NCBI GenBank assembly: GCA_038064735.1
Contig: JBBTSI010000001.1
Coordinates: 22,012 to 86,011 of the forward strand
DNA: 64,000 bases
Source of the DNA: Patescibacteria group bacterium
GTDB taxonomy: Bacteria > Patescibacteriota > Minisyncoccia > Phycocordibacterales > WO2-35-19
Direction of reading: 5' to 3'
Part shown: positions 53,478 to 63,492 of the stretch, one piece after another
How the letters are laid out: each line of letters opens with the position of its first letter
Position numbering within the stretch: position 1 is the first letter of the stretch
Notes under the pieces: generated by a model
What the model was told of the DNA's origin: nothing
Seen by the model: only the letters and a program-made list of their open reading frames with translations
The model's database searches: none
Program-made: the position numbers and the translations under genes

Positions 53478-55145
53478 TTACATAAACAACCTTACCAAAC
53501 GGATGTCTTCGTAGGAGTATTTGGGGCCGAGGAGGTCTTTGGCTGGAGCGAGCTTGTACATTTCACCTTCGCTGACGCCGACTTTGCGAAAAGCGTTATA
53601 AATTTCTTTGAATTTATTTTTGGTGATGCCGTCGCGGAGATTGTAAATATTGTAGTTTGGATTTTTCTCTTTTATTTTTTCTATATGATCCAAGATGGTG
53701 CCGAGCTTGAGTCCCCTTTCTTTAGCAATGTCTTTAATGTTGAGCCCTTCATCCAGCATCTTTTTGGTTTCGCTGACTGTGTCCAACTTTTTTTCTTTGG
53801 GTTTCTCTCCCCTCACCTTCTCGGCAAAATCTTCGTGCATTTTGGAAAGCTTTTCTTCACCCATAGTCCTTATCTGAAAAGCGTTGGTCTTGGAGAGGTC
53901 TTTGAATTTATTATCAATTTCTAAAACTTCTTCATTTACTTTCATAGCCAAGTGGTTTAACCCTTTGATAGAAAGTCCGGAGAGCGAGCGTACTCTTGAG
54001 AGGGCTACGTAGCCCATACCCTTTTCAAACGACCCTGAGAGGTCAACTTCTGCAGCGTCGAGTGACATCCCCTGGCTTTTGTGGACGGTGATGGCCCAAG
54101 CCAAACGCAGTGGGTATTGGATTATTTCGGCTTTGGTTTTGCCGTCTTCTTCTATGCGCCAATCTTCCCTCTCTACATCTATGATTTTGCCCGAAAGAGT
54201 CTGAACTTGGATTTCTTCAAAACCACATTTGACTACAGTGCCCAAGGTGCCGTTGACGAAACCTTCTTCGGGATTATTTTTGATGAACATAACTTTGGCG
54301 CCCACTTTGAGGCGTAAGATTTCCGGCGCGAGGCAACTTTTTTTCAGAGCATCTACAAGCGACTGCCTGCCTCTCTCTTGCATTTCGTATTCATGAGTTC
54401 TGCCAGAAATTTTTGAAAGCTCGGTTTCATTTTCACTATTGACGTCTTTGTTGTGGGAATAAAGTTTGGTTTGCTCGGTCTCCGCTTTTTGATTAAATCG
54501 TTGTTTCAAAACTTCCATTATTTCTTCAGAAACAGTATCCTCTCTTATGGAATTTAAGATTTTCAAATATTCCAAATCACTTTGCCTGTGCTGTTCGGAA
54601 AGATAGCAGATTTTGAGTTTGAGGTTTTTCCATGCTTCGCTGTGGAAAGCAAAAGAAGATTCTCCCCGCCCGACTGAACAGTCGTTCGGGCGGGCCTCCC
54701 CCGCTCTCCTCACCGGTGGCAATTGGAAAAAGTCTCCGCAAAAAACCACTTGCATGCCTCCAAACGGCTCATCGGAATTTTTTATTTCCCTTGTGACTTT
54801 GTCTATAAGGTCAAGGCGAAAGTGGTGAAGCATTGAGATTTCGTCTATTACCAAAACTGAAGCTTTGGCCACTTTCTTTTTCACATGGCTTTTTTCAGCG
54901 ATTTCAGCAAGCTCGCTTTTGGAGAGGCTGTCTTTGATACCGATACCGCTCCAAGAATGAATAGTGATACCGCCCATGTGAGTAGCCGCGATGCCGGTAG
55001 AAGCGGTGATGCCGATATGGGCGTCTAAATTTTTTAGGTAGTCAATATATTCTCGCAAAACGTAAGTTTTGCCACTGCCAGCGGCACCAGTGAGGAAGAC
55101 ATTGCGTCCGGTTTTTAAAATATCCAAAGCTTCTTTTTGAGTCAT
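53478..55145 (-). CDS. PIF1/RecD-family SF1 DNA helicase with C-terminal helix-turn-helix region
   Basis: NVFLTGAAGSGKTYVL (Walker A), VLVIDEISML (Walker B), QLPPV, and the C-terminal GVSEGEMYKL... HTH-like tail common in bacterial PIF1-like proteins. Confidence 0.7.
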   Translation of the reverse strand: MTQKEALDILKTGRNVFLTGAAGSGKTYVLREYIDYLKNLDAHIGITASTGIAATHMGGITIHSWSGIGIKDSLSKSELAEIAEKSHVKKKVAKASVLVIDEISMLHHFRLDLIDKVTREIKNSDEPFGGMQVVFCGDFFQLPPVRRAGEARPNDCSVGRGESSFAFHSEAWKNLKLKICYLSEQHRQSDLEYLKILNSIREDTVSEEIMEVLKQRFNQKAETEQTKLYSHNKDVNSENETELSKISGRTHEYEMQERGRQSLVDALKKSCLAPEILRLKVGAKVMFIKNNPEEGFVNGTLGTVVKCGFEEIQVQTLSGKIIDVEREDWRIEEDGKTKAEIIQYPLRLAWAITVHKSQGMSLDAAEVDLSGSFEKGMGYVALSRVRSLSGLSIKGLNHLAMKVNEEVLEIDNKFKDLSKTNAFQIRTMGEEKLSKMHEDFAEKVRGEKPKEKKLDTVSETKKMLDEGLNIKDIAKERGLKLGTILDHIEKIKEKNPNYNIYNLRDGITKNKFKEIYNAFRKVGVSEGEMYKLAPAKDLLGPKYSYEDIRLVRLFM

Positions 55146-55154
55146 TGGTGTATT

Positions 55155-55373
55155 CTAGCAGATTTCAAAAACTTTTTGGCGGGAGGAGAATCCGGAAAGC
55201 ATTTTCACTTGGAAAATAGGTACTTTGAAATAATTAGCCAGGGCTCTATTAATAGCTGTATTGGCCTTGCCCTGTACTGGTGGTTCTTTGACGGACACAA
55301 TGTAATTAGTCTCATCAATTTTCTCCACCTTTTCTTCCCTCGCCGACGGCTTAGCTTTGACGTTTATTTTCAT
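55155..55373 (-). CDS. DUF167 (YggU-like) small protein
   Basis: MKINVKAKPSAREEKVEKIDETNYIVSVKEPPVQGKANTAINRALANYF matches the UPF0235/DUF167 pattern. Confidence 0.55.
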   Translation of the reverse strand: MKINVKAKPSAREEKVEKIDETNYIVSVKEPPVQGKANTAINRALANYFKVPIFQVKMLSGFSSRQKVFEIC

Positions 55374-56593
55374 CCTATTAAAACACGCATGTAATTTTTC
55401 TTGCCTTGGCGGAGGAGGAGAGAGCCGTCGGTCAAATCTTTTTCAGTGATAACTGTTTCGGCAGAGGCGACACGTTCATCATTTATATATGCACCACCTT
55501 GTTCAATGAGTTTTCGTGATGCAGTTTTGCTTCCAGCCAGCCCTGCCATATGGAATAAATCAACAACTGAGATGCCCGATTCAATCAATTTGGCTTCAAT
55601 TTTAACACTAGGAATATTTTCATGATTTTTTGCATCCGAACCAAAAAGTGATTTTGAAGCTTCCATAGCTTTGGTTGCCTCTGCTTCGCCATGAGTGATC
55701 ACGGTAGCTTCAAATGCCAATTTACTTTTAGCTTCGCGGATGTCGCCCGTACAAATTTCAGCAATTTCTTCCAAAGGTAGGAAGGTAAAAAGCTTCAAGA
55801 ATTTTTCAACATCGCGGTCATCAACATTTATCCAGTATTGATAAAATTCATAAGGCGAAACCTTTTCCGGGTCAAGCCAAAGCGCTCCGGATTCAGTTTT
55901 ACCCATTTTTTGCCCAGAGGCAGTGGCGAGTAGTGGGAATGTCAGAGCAAAAACTGGCTTTTGTTCAACTTTTCTTACCAAATCAACTCCGGCCAAAATA
56001 TTGCTCCACTGATCATCGCCACCCATTTGGAGCTCGCAACCTTTTTCTCGGAAAAGGACCAAAAAATCGTAAGCTTGTAAAAGCTGGTAATTAAGTTCAA
56101 GGAAAGATAATCCGTCTTCCCTCTCCATACGCATTTCGTAACCTCTCGCTTTGATCATTTCATTAACTCGGAAATGTTTGGCGATGTCACGCAAAAATTC
56201 AATGTAGTTGAGAGGTAGGAGCCACTTAGCATTATTGATAAGCAGAGCTTTATCACCACTAAAATCGATATAATTTTTAAATTGTTCTAGCAATTTTTTG
56301 CCATTGGCTTCTATTTCTTCTTGAGGCATAATTCGGCGAGTTTCGGTTTTGCCACTCGGGTCGCCGATCATAGTTGTTCCGCCACCCAAAAGGCAAATTG
56401 GTAAATGGCCGTCTTTTTGAAGATGAGCCATGGCCATAAGGGAAACGACATGGCCGATATGCAAACTGTCAGCGGTAGCGTCAAACCCAACATAAAAAGT
56501 TGTCGGCCCCTGCGATAATTTATCACGCAAAGCATCAATGTTTGAGCATTGTTTCAAAAATCCCCTATCCTGTAAATTTTTTAATGAGTCCAT
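55370..56593 (-). CDS. tyrS: Tyrosyl-tRNA synthetase
   Basis: FYVGFDATADSLHIGHVVSL (HIGH), KMGKTESGALWLD (KMSKS), C-terminal S4-like domain (LRQGKKNYMRVLIG). Confidence 0.9.
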   Translation of the reverse strand: MDSLKNLQDRGFLKQCSNIDALRDKLSQGPTTFYVGFDATADSLHIGHVVSLMAMAHLQKDGHLPICLLGGGTTMIGDPSGKTETRRIMPQEEIEANGKKLLEQFKNYIDFSGDKALLINNAKWLLPLNYIEFLRDIAKHFRVNEMIKARGYEMRMEREDGLSFLELNYQLLQAYDFLVLFREKGCELQMGGDDQWSNILAGVDLVRKVEQKPVFALTFPLLATASGQKMGKTESGALWLDPEKVSPYEFYQYWINVDDRDVEKFLKLFTFLPLEEIAEICTGDIREAKSKLAFEATVITHGEAEATKAMEASKSLFGSDAKNHENIPSVKIEAKLIESGISVVDLFHMAGLAGSKTASRKLIEQGGAYINDERVASAETVITEKDLTDGSLLLRQGKKNYMRVLIG

Positions 56594-56632
56594 ATTGTTT
56601 GTCTATCATACTCACACAAGCTTCATTATGTG

Positions 56633-57148
56633 TCAATTTAAACTGGGAACTTTATTTAAAATCAAATCTGAATAAGAAAAAGCTTCCGTTTTCTTCAATT
56701 CAATTCCAAGTTTGCTTACAACTTCATTAAACTCATCAAGAGCTTGATTTTTTGATATATCTTTCACAACAGTTTCTAGTTCCATAAATTCGCCTAAATC
56801 TGTAACGTTATCTATATGGATTCTTGTGTGCTTGTATACCCAAAGTTGTCTGGTTTTGTCTACTGAACATAGTAGTGGTTTTTTTTCAAATAATGAATCT
56901 TTCTCTTCTCTTGATAGAGTTTTTATAATATAGTTTGAATCTTTTCTACCATTTTGTTCAAGTCTCTTATAAGAGATTAAATATATTTCTTGATTGTTTA
57001 TTTCCCTTATCTTGGTTTTTTCAGTACCAATCTGAAAATAGTAATCAATCTGGTTCATTGTTTCCTTGTGCACAGCTCCGATATTAATCATTTTTTCAAT
57101 AATTTTTTCATAATCTGATATTCTTGCTTTTAATTCAAAATTAAGCAT
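56633..57148 (-). CDS. CYTH-domain protein (class IV adenylate cyclase / triphosphate tunnel metalloenzyme family)
   Basis: MLNFELKARISDYEKI... start with the ExExK-type motif. 171 aa, typical CYTH size. Confidence 0.55.
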   Translation of the reverse strand: MLNFELKARISDYEKIIEKMINIGAVHKETMNQIDYYFQIGTEKTKIREINNQEIYLISYKRLEQNGRKDSNYIIKTLSREEKDSLFEKKPLLCSVDKTRQLWVYKHTRIHIDNVTDLGEFMELETVVKDISKNQALDEFNEVVSKLGIELKKTEAFSYSDLILNKVPSLN

Positions 57149-57980
57149 TTTTATTTTTTCTCAAAAATTCTATTCCTTGGGCTGCCCCATCAAAGAATTC
57201 TTTATTGTATGACATAACTTTGTTGTGTAAATGTTCCATAAGTTTTGGGTTTTCAATCTTTATGAATTTATTTCCCTTTAACATCCAGTTTGGCTCAATT
57301 TCATCAAAAACACAACCTAATTCTGTTAATTCATTTTCTGATAAAAGCCCATTATTAAAGCTTTTTATATATAAAGGCCCAGAATAATATCCAAAAACGT
57401 AAGGATTAGTTAAATCAATGATTTTATCGATTTCAGATTCTTCGAGATTAGGGATTAATGGTCTTATAGCAACCATAGAATTAATGCCGGCATCAGAAAC
57501 TCTTTTTAGTGTATCTATTCTTTTCTCTACCTTAGGAACTTTTGGTTCCCATTTATTACTAGATTCAAAGCACGGAATGGATACTGAAAAAGTAATAAAA
57601 TTATTCTTTTTATTCATTTCATTTGAAACATCTTTCAAATTTTTTACAAATTCATCATCTAGAACTAATTTTGTTATTATTGAAATATCCTTACCGGAAT
57701 CAGAAAGTTTCCTTAGAACATCCAATGCTTCATTTTTATTTTGAAAAAATTCCGTGTCACAACCAAGCATTATTGTTTTGATTTCTTCTGGTAAATCTTT
57801 CAGTAATTCAAATTGTTCTTCTGATAAATATGCACTGTTGCTACTTTGAGTATTGTTTAAATCCTCCGAAAAACAATATTTACAATCTAATGGACAAATT
57901 AATTTTGAATAACTCAAAACTCTATCTTTTTCTATTACTAAATTTGCCTTTTCAAATTTCTCCAAATTTAGCCGTTCCAT
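57141..57980 (-). CDS. Radical SAM protein (SplB / DNA-repair-photolyase-like CxxxCxYC subtype)
   Basis: CPLDCKYCFS cluster near the N-terminus. 279 aa. Overlaps the CYTH gene by 8 bp. Confidence 0.55.
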   Translation of the reverse strand: MERLNLEKFEKANLVIEKDRVLSYSKLICPLDCKYCFSEDLNNTQSSNSAYLSEEQFELLKDLPEEIKTIMLGCDTEFFQNKNEALDVLRKLSDSGKDISIITKLVLDDEFVKNLKDVSNEMNKKNNFITFSVSIPCFESSNKWEPKVPKVEKRIDTLKRVSDAGINSMVAIRPLIPNLEESEIDKIIDLTNPYVFGYYSGPLYIKSFNNGLLSENELTELGCVFDEIEPNWMLKGNKFIKIENPKLMEHLHNKVMSYNKEFFDGAAQGIEFLRKNKNA

Positions 57981-57985
57981 ATTTT

Positions 57986-59653
57986 TTATTTATACAAAGG
58001 CAGTTCGATGGTGAAAGTGGTGCCGAGGCCGAGGCCTTCAGAATGCACTTTGATGTCGCCGTGATGAGCTTCGGCCATTTTCTTGGCAATGTAGAGACCG
58101 AGGCCGGTGCCGATGACGTTGGTTTTGTTGGCATCTTTGGTGCGTGAGAATTTGCTGAACAGTTTATTAGTTTCGCTTGGGTCAATGCCAACACCGCTAT
58201 CTTTGATGGTTATTTTGACTTCCGCGCTTTCTTTGAAAATCGAAACTTTGATACTGCCTTTGACTGTGTATTTGATAGCGTTGTCTATGATGTTGCCTAT
58301 CACCTGCTTTATCTTGCTTCTGTCGGCATTAACTTTGGCTGAGAAATTTTCAGGTACTTCAACTTCCATAGATAAACCGGCATTTTCAACATTAGGTTTA
58401 AGTTCATTTGCCGATTCTTTGACCAACTCCCCTATTTCAAAAACTGTTTTATCATAAACCATCCTCCCCTGCTCAATACGTGAAATGTTCAAAAAGTCTC
58501 CGACAATGTTGATGAGGTTTTGGCAGGATTTCAAAATGGTTTGGATTGAGTCGGTAGCCTTCTGTGGCAAAACTCCAAAGTCGCCGTCTAAAAGCATTGA
58601 CGAATAGCCTTTGATGGCGGTCAGTGGCGCGCGTATCTGATGTGTGGCTAGCGAAAGGAACTCGGATTTCATCTGGTCCAACTCTTTCAACTTCTCATTA
58701 GCCCTCTCCAAATCCCCCGCCAACTTTTCAATATGTTCGCGTTGCTCTACTTCGCGTTTAACACTTTTGGTTAGGAAATAACCCAAACTCATAACCAACA
58801 ATAAAGTTATGACCATAATGATTTCTGAAGAAAAAGGGTCTTCAACAAAAAAAGTTGATGCAATAAGTATTACCAGAGTTATTACCAGCACTTGTGTACC
58901 GATTAGTTTTATGTTGAATGTATGATAGCGAACAATGAGATACGAAAGGAAGGCTAAAAATACTACCATACCAATAGGTCCTATCAGGTTTACTTCATAA
59001 AGTTTTGTTAACTCACCATAAAGATTTGTAATAGCAAAAATCATAAGAAAAAATACAGAACCAATACCAAGGAAAAGAGCTTCCTTCTTTTTTTGTTCGG
59101 TATTGGTAGTTTCTCTATATTTTCTGAAGCAAAGATAACCAACCCAAAAAGCACTTATAATTTCAAATGTGTAAACATAATCATAAAAATTTCCAAAAAC
59201 ACCTTCACAATTCATTAAATCAAAAGAGGTCACATTATAATTAGTTGGTAACAGAAGACACATTGCAACATAAGGAATAGATAAAAGGATTTTAAATCCA
59301 AACGGTAAATCTCTTTTATTTAAAAATACATAAACAAAATAAATTGAGATTATTGGGATACTTATTTCCAATAGTGGGGTTGTTTGCCAAAAAAAATGAT
59401 CATACGATACGTATACAGAAATCCACTGAATAGTTAGATCTAAAATCCATAATGAAAATATACTGGAAAGTAAAAATAATAATTTTCCTTGTAGTGATTT
59501 TTTGTCTTTCAAAAAAACAAACAAACCAAAAAATAATGAAATCAAAATAATAGGTATGTAAGCATAAAAAAGTAAAGCAGGAGCAACACTCGTGTCAAAA
59601 AAATTTAAAAAAGTAGGGAGCGAATCCGGGCAAGTTAAAAGTTCTGATAACAT
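57986..59653 (-). CDS. Multi-span sensor histidine kinase (no response regulator adjacent)
   Basis: About 8 N-terminal TM helices, H-box EFLSLATHQIRAPLTAIKGY, N/G1/G2 boxes (GNIIDNAIKYT, DSGVGI, GTGLGLYIAKKM). Confidence 0.8.
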   Translation of the reverse strand: MLSELLTCPDSLPTFLNFFDTSVAPALLFYAYIPIILISLFFGLFVFLKDKKSLQGKLLFLLSSIFSLWILDLTIQWISVYVSYDHFFWQTTPLLEISIPIISIYFVYVFLNKRDLPFGFKILLSIPYVAMCLLLPTNYNVTSFDLMNCEGVFGNFYDYVYTFEIISAFWVGYLCFRKYRETTNTEQKKKEALFLGIGSVFFLMIFAITNLYGELTKLYEVNLIGPIGMVVFLAFLSYLIVRYHTFNIKLIGTQVLVITLVILIASTFFVEDPFSSEIIMVITLLLVMSLGYFLTKSVKREVEQREHIEKLAGDLERANEKLKELDQMKSEFLSLATHQIRAPLTAIKGYSSMLLDGDFGVLPQKATDSIQTILKSCQNLINIVGDFLNISRIEQGRMVYDKTVFEIGELVKESANELKPNVENAGLSMEVEVPENFSAKVNADRSKIKQVIGNIIDNAIKYTVKGSIKVSIFKESAEVKITIKDSGVGIDPSETNKLFSKFSRTKDANKTNVIGTGLGLYIAKKMAEAHHGDIKVHSEGLGLGTTFTIELPLYK

Positions 59654-60061
59654 AATTATTTATTCTTCCTGGTTAATTATTTGAAAATCTTCTTTCACTA
59701 CTGAATTATAGAAAGATAACCCTAAAGAAGCAATAGTTAAAACAATAAGGAATACAAATAAAATTTTATATGATTTATTCATTTTAATTAACAAAAAACG
59801 CCCATAAAAGAAGCGTTTTTAAATTGATTATTTTTAATTGTGGAAACTGTTTCTAAATCCATCAAAACATTTATTTCACTCTCATAAAATGAGGGTTCGT
59901 GGTCTTTCTCAAATTCTCTTAAATTTGCGATGTATTCGGTCATTAGATAAATTATACAACAGTACACATATTCAAAGCAAATTTTATTAATGAAAAAACT
60001 AAACTAGTTGATTTAAGGTTGATTTAGTTGTATTGTATAAATAATTAAAATAACAACAATT

Positions 60062-61375
60062 ATGAAAATACTATTTGTATCTGAAGATTTGGTTGCTGGA
60101 GACTTAGCACGTTTATTGAAGGAAGAAGGCCATGATGTAAAGCTTTATATCAAAGATAAAGGGAGGAGGGGTAATTTTGATAATATGGTTGAAAAGATCA
60201 ATTCTTGGCAGAAAGAATTAAAGTGGGTTGGAAAAGAAGGTTTAATAATATTTGATGGATGTGATTCTGGTCTTATTCAAGATAAACTAAGGGCTAGAGG
60301 ATTCTCAGTAGTTGGAAGTTCTGCATTGGGAAACAAACTTGAGAATGATCGCGAATATGGCAATGAAATACTAAAAAAATATAAGCTTTCAACGGTTCCT
60401 CAGATTAATTTTGATTCTATTGATAAAACAATTTCTTTTGTAGAAAAAAATAAAAGAAAATGGGTTATTAAACAAAATAGTTCTGGTACAAGTTTGAAAG
60501 GTTTCAATTATGTGGGGATGAAAAATAACGCTGATGATGTTATTGATGTTCTGACAAATTACAAAACAGAATATAAAGATGCTGTTATAACTCTCCAAGA
60601 AAAAATAGAAGGTGTAGAAATTGGAGTTGGCAGATATTTTAATGGGACAGATTGGGTGGGACCAATAGAGATTAATTTGGAACACAAAAAATATTTTCCT
60701 GGTGATCTTGGACCAACCACTAGCGAAATGGGTACTTTAGCTTGGTATGATAGTGATGAGAATAATAAAATTTTCAAATTAACTTTAGACAAAATAAAAC
60801 CTCACTTGAAAGAGATTGGTTTTAAAGGAGATATGGAAATTAATTGTATTGTGAACGAAAAAGGATCATTTCCACTTGAGGCTACTCCACGTTTTGGTTC
60901 TCCTATTGTTCATTTGCAAGGAGAAATCCAAACAACTCCTTGGGCCCCAATGTTAAAAGCCATGGCTCTTGGAGAAAAGTTTAAAGTGAAATGGAAAAAA
61001 GGATACGGAATCGTAATAGTAGTAACTGTGCCTACTAGTCAACCCTTCCCCTTTACCAAAGCTGACCACTATATTTCACCAAAAGGTCTTAAGATATATT
61101 TTGATGAAGTGGCTAAGAAAAATATGGAACACATCCATTTTGAAGATGTTTCTATGAGAAAAGTTAATGGGAATGAAGAATATTACATCTCTGACGATCG
61201 CGGTTATGTTCTCTATGTGACGGCTGTGGGAAAAACAGTGGAAAAAGCTCGAGAAAAAGCTTACGGGCTGCTAAAACACATCCACATTCCAAAAATGTTT
61301 TATCGCAACGATATAGGCCTAAAATTTATCGAGAAAGACCAAGCTTTACTCAAAAAATGGGGCTATATTAAATAA
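60062..61375 (+). CDS. ATP-grasp enzyme, PurD (phosphoribosylamine-glycine ligase)-like
   Basis: EHKKYFPGDLGPTTSEMGTLAWY resembles PurD QDHKR..GD.GPNTGGMGAYSP. EINCIVNEKGSFPLEATPRFGSP resembles PurD IEFNCRFGDPE. Divergent N-domain. Confidence 0.45.
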   Translation: MKILFVSEDLVAGDLARLLKEEGHDVKLYIKDKGRRGNFDNMVEKINSWQKELKWVGKEGLIIFDGCDSGLIQDKLRARGFSVVGSSALGNKLENDREYGNEILKKYKLSTVPQINFDSIDKTISFVEKNKRKWVIKQNSSGTSLKGFNYVGMKNNADDVIDVLTNYKTEYKDAVITLQEKIEGVEIGVGRYFNGTDWVGPIEINLEHKKYFPGDLGPTTSEMGTLAWYDSDENNKIFKLTLDKIKPHLKEIGFKGDMEINCIVNEKGSFPLEATPRFGSPIVHLQGEIQTTPWAPMLKAMALGEKFKVKWKKGYGIVIVVTVPTSQPFPFTKADHYISPKGLKIYFDEVAKKNMEHIHFEDVSMRKVNGNEEYYISDDRGYVLYVTAVGKTVEKAREKAYGLLKHIHIPKMFYRNDIGLKFIEKDQALLKKWGYIK

Positions 61376-62525
61376 TAATATAATCCGGTTTTTTCAGAGA
61401 AAGAAAGTCAGAGTAGAAAGAGTAAGCTCCTGCATGGAGGAAAACTATGTTGTCCCCGCTGTTTAAGCCTGGCAGACTGGAGCATTTGGAAAATACGTCT
61501 AACGAATCTGGTGTACTACCTCTTAGTACATAATTTTCCATATTTTTGTTGTCTCCTCCGATTTTCTTGGCCGCAAGTTTTAAATTGACGATCAAAGTGT
61601 CCATAGATGTGGTATAAACCGAGCAATTTAATATAGCAATATTATTATCCAAAAACTTTTTCTTGTGAACGACTTGGCCGATCAAAGAAATAGATTCGCC
61701 CACAACCTTCCTTCCTGGTTCAAAAATAAAATGAATATGAGGATAAATGGTTTTTATTTCTTTGGTTGTTTTGACAATAAGCTTTGAAATTTCATCTAAA
61801 CTTGGTATTGGAGATGAATACTCTACCGGGTAACCTCCACCAAAGTCAGCAATATCGAGTTTTATTTTATTCTTTTTAAGTTCTTTTACGAAATTACTGA
61901 TAGTGCTTAAATTCTTTTTCCATAAACCCTTATAAGTATTTTGGGAAAGTAAGTGGTTGTGAACTCCCAAAGTTATCAAATCTTGGTTTCTTAAATTACT
62001 TAAGTGTTCAAAAACTTTCATCGCCTCTTTGATTGGGAAACCGAGAAATGAGTCGGAACTATAAGTAAGTTCTGGGTTATTTACCTTTACTCCGGTATTG
62101 ATACGCACTAGCAATTGAGGTTTTTGTGAGAATTCTCCAAGAGAAGAAGTTATAAGCTCTAGCTGTTTCCAAGAATCAATCACAAATCTATGAACCCCAA
62201 GCAGTTTAACTTTTTTGAATTGTTTATCAGTCAGACTGGGAGATTGGAAGAGTATTTTCTTTGGGTCTATACCATAATGGTTAACTAATTTATAAACCTC
62301 TTCCATTGATGAAAGCAAAAAGCCGCATTTTTTGGAGGAAACCGTTTTAATAATAAAAGGATAATTGTTTGTTTTGAGAGAGTATAAAATTTCACCCGGG
62401 AGTAGTCTTTTTATATCTTCCAGAGTGTCGGATAGCTGGTTTTTATTGATAACAAAACAAGGTGTGTTGTTTACCCATTTTTTCTTATGTTCGCAAAGAA
62501 ATTCTGAACAATCGTGTTTTTTCAT
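61368..62525 (-). CDS. Fold-type III PLP-dependent decarboxylase (Orn/DAP/Arg decarboxylase family)
   Basis: ILYSLKTNNYPFII (PLP-lysine region, lysine after a beta-strand), FGGGYPVEY glycine-rich motif, TIM-barrel plus C-terminal beta domain. Its 3' end overlaps the ATP-grasp gene 3' end by 8 bp. Confidence 0.6.
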   Translation of the reverse strand: MKKHDCSEFLCEHKKKWVNNTPCFVINKNQLSDTLEDIKRLLPGEILYSLKTNNYPFIIKTVSSKKCGFLLSSMEEVYKLVNHYGIDPKKILFQSPSLTDKQFKKVKLLGVHRFVIDSWKQLELITSSLGEFSQKPQLLVRINTGVKVNNPELTYSSDSFLGFPIKEAMKVFEHLSNLRNQDLITLGVHNHLLSQNTYKGLWKKNLSTISNFVKELKKNKIKLDIADFGGGYPVEYSSPIPSLDEISKLIVKTTKEIKTIYPHIHFIFEPGRKVVGESISLIGQVVHKKKFLDNNIAILNCSVYTTSMDTLIVNLKLAAKKIGGDNKNMENYVLRGSTPDSLDVFSKCSSLPGLNSGDNIVFLHAGAYSFYSDFLSLKKPDYIII

Positions 62526-62583
62526 GTGATTTTTCGATTTTAAATACTTATATTAATCGTATAATCTATAATACCATTTATAT

Positions 62584-63489
62584 TTATAAAAAGCAACTCC
62601 CTATAAGCATAATCAGTATAGCACCTATTTTTTGAATCAAATGCTTTTTTTGTATCTTTTCCTGGCTTATATGAGGGAAAAACAAGGTTAAACCAAGCCC
62701 AATGACAAAAACAAACAATGGCTGGAAACCATTAACCATAAGAACGAGAGCAACTGGGGCCAAAAGGATGGCATATTGTACAGTCATATCTGCTACTATT
62801 GTCAGCGTTTCGTTCATAGAATTCAATGCCAAAATCTTTCCTTTGGCTTCTTTAATTAGGAGAAAAAATTCACTGCGGTAAGAAGAAATAAAAATCAAGA
62901 AGATAATACCTATGAGCACTTTACCAACTAAAGTCCAAAAAGTAGAAACCCAAAATCCTCTTTCAATAGCTACAAATTTGAATAAAACATCGCTCATTGC
63001 ATAAAAGAACGAGGCTACAGACATAAGTAATACAACTTTCTTTTTAAAACGGATTTTTTTGTCTTGAATATCAAAAGAAAGAATTAAAGCACCAAGCAGA
63101 ATGGCAAGTGAAGCAATTATTTGTGTTTTAGTTAAAGTTTCTCCCAAAATAAAATAAGCTAAAATAAACCCAAAAATTGGTATCATTTGGTAGAAAGGTA
63201 CTACAAAAGTAGCCTCATCAAATTGCAAAGCATATAAATAACAAAGGATACTAAGTACTACTAAAACTCCAATAATCATTAGTATTATCCCCTGCCCCAA
63301 TGATACCCCTAGTACCAAAGGATTGATTATTAAAATGATAGGTAAAGCAAAGACTCCAAAAAGAGCCGAAAAGATAATAAGAGCCCCAACTTTATTGTCG
63401 TGAATGTATTTGGAAATGAGATATTTATCCGTATGATTGGATATGGCGTATAGAAGTGGGGCGACTAAAGCTATAAAAAACCAGTTCAT
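62584..63489 (-). CDS. EamA/DMT-family transporter
   Basis: 301 aa, 10 TM helices in two five-helix repeats. Confidence 0.65.
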   Translation of the reverse strand: MNWFFIALVAPLLYAISNHTDKYLISKYIHDNKVGALIIFSALFGVFALPIILIINPLVLGVSLGQGIILMIIGVLVVLSILCYLYALQFDEATFVVPFYQMIPIFGFILAYFILGETLTKTQIIASLAILLGALILSFDIQDKKIRFKKKVVLLMSVASFFYAMSDVLFKFVAIERGFWVSTFWTLVGKVLIGIIFLIFISSYRSEFFLLIKEAKGKILALNSMNETLTIVADMTVQYAILLAPVALVLMVNGFQPLFVFVIGLGLTLFFPHISQEKIQKKHLIQKIGAILIMLIGSCFL

Positions 63490-63492
63490 ATA

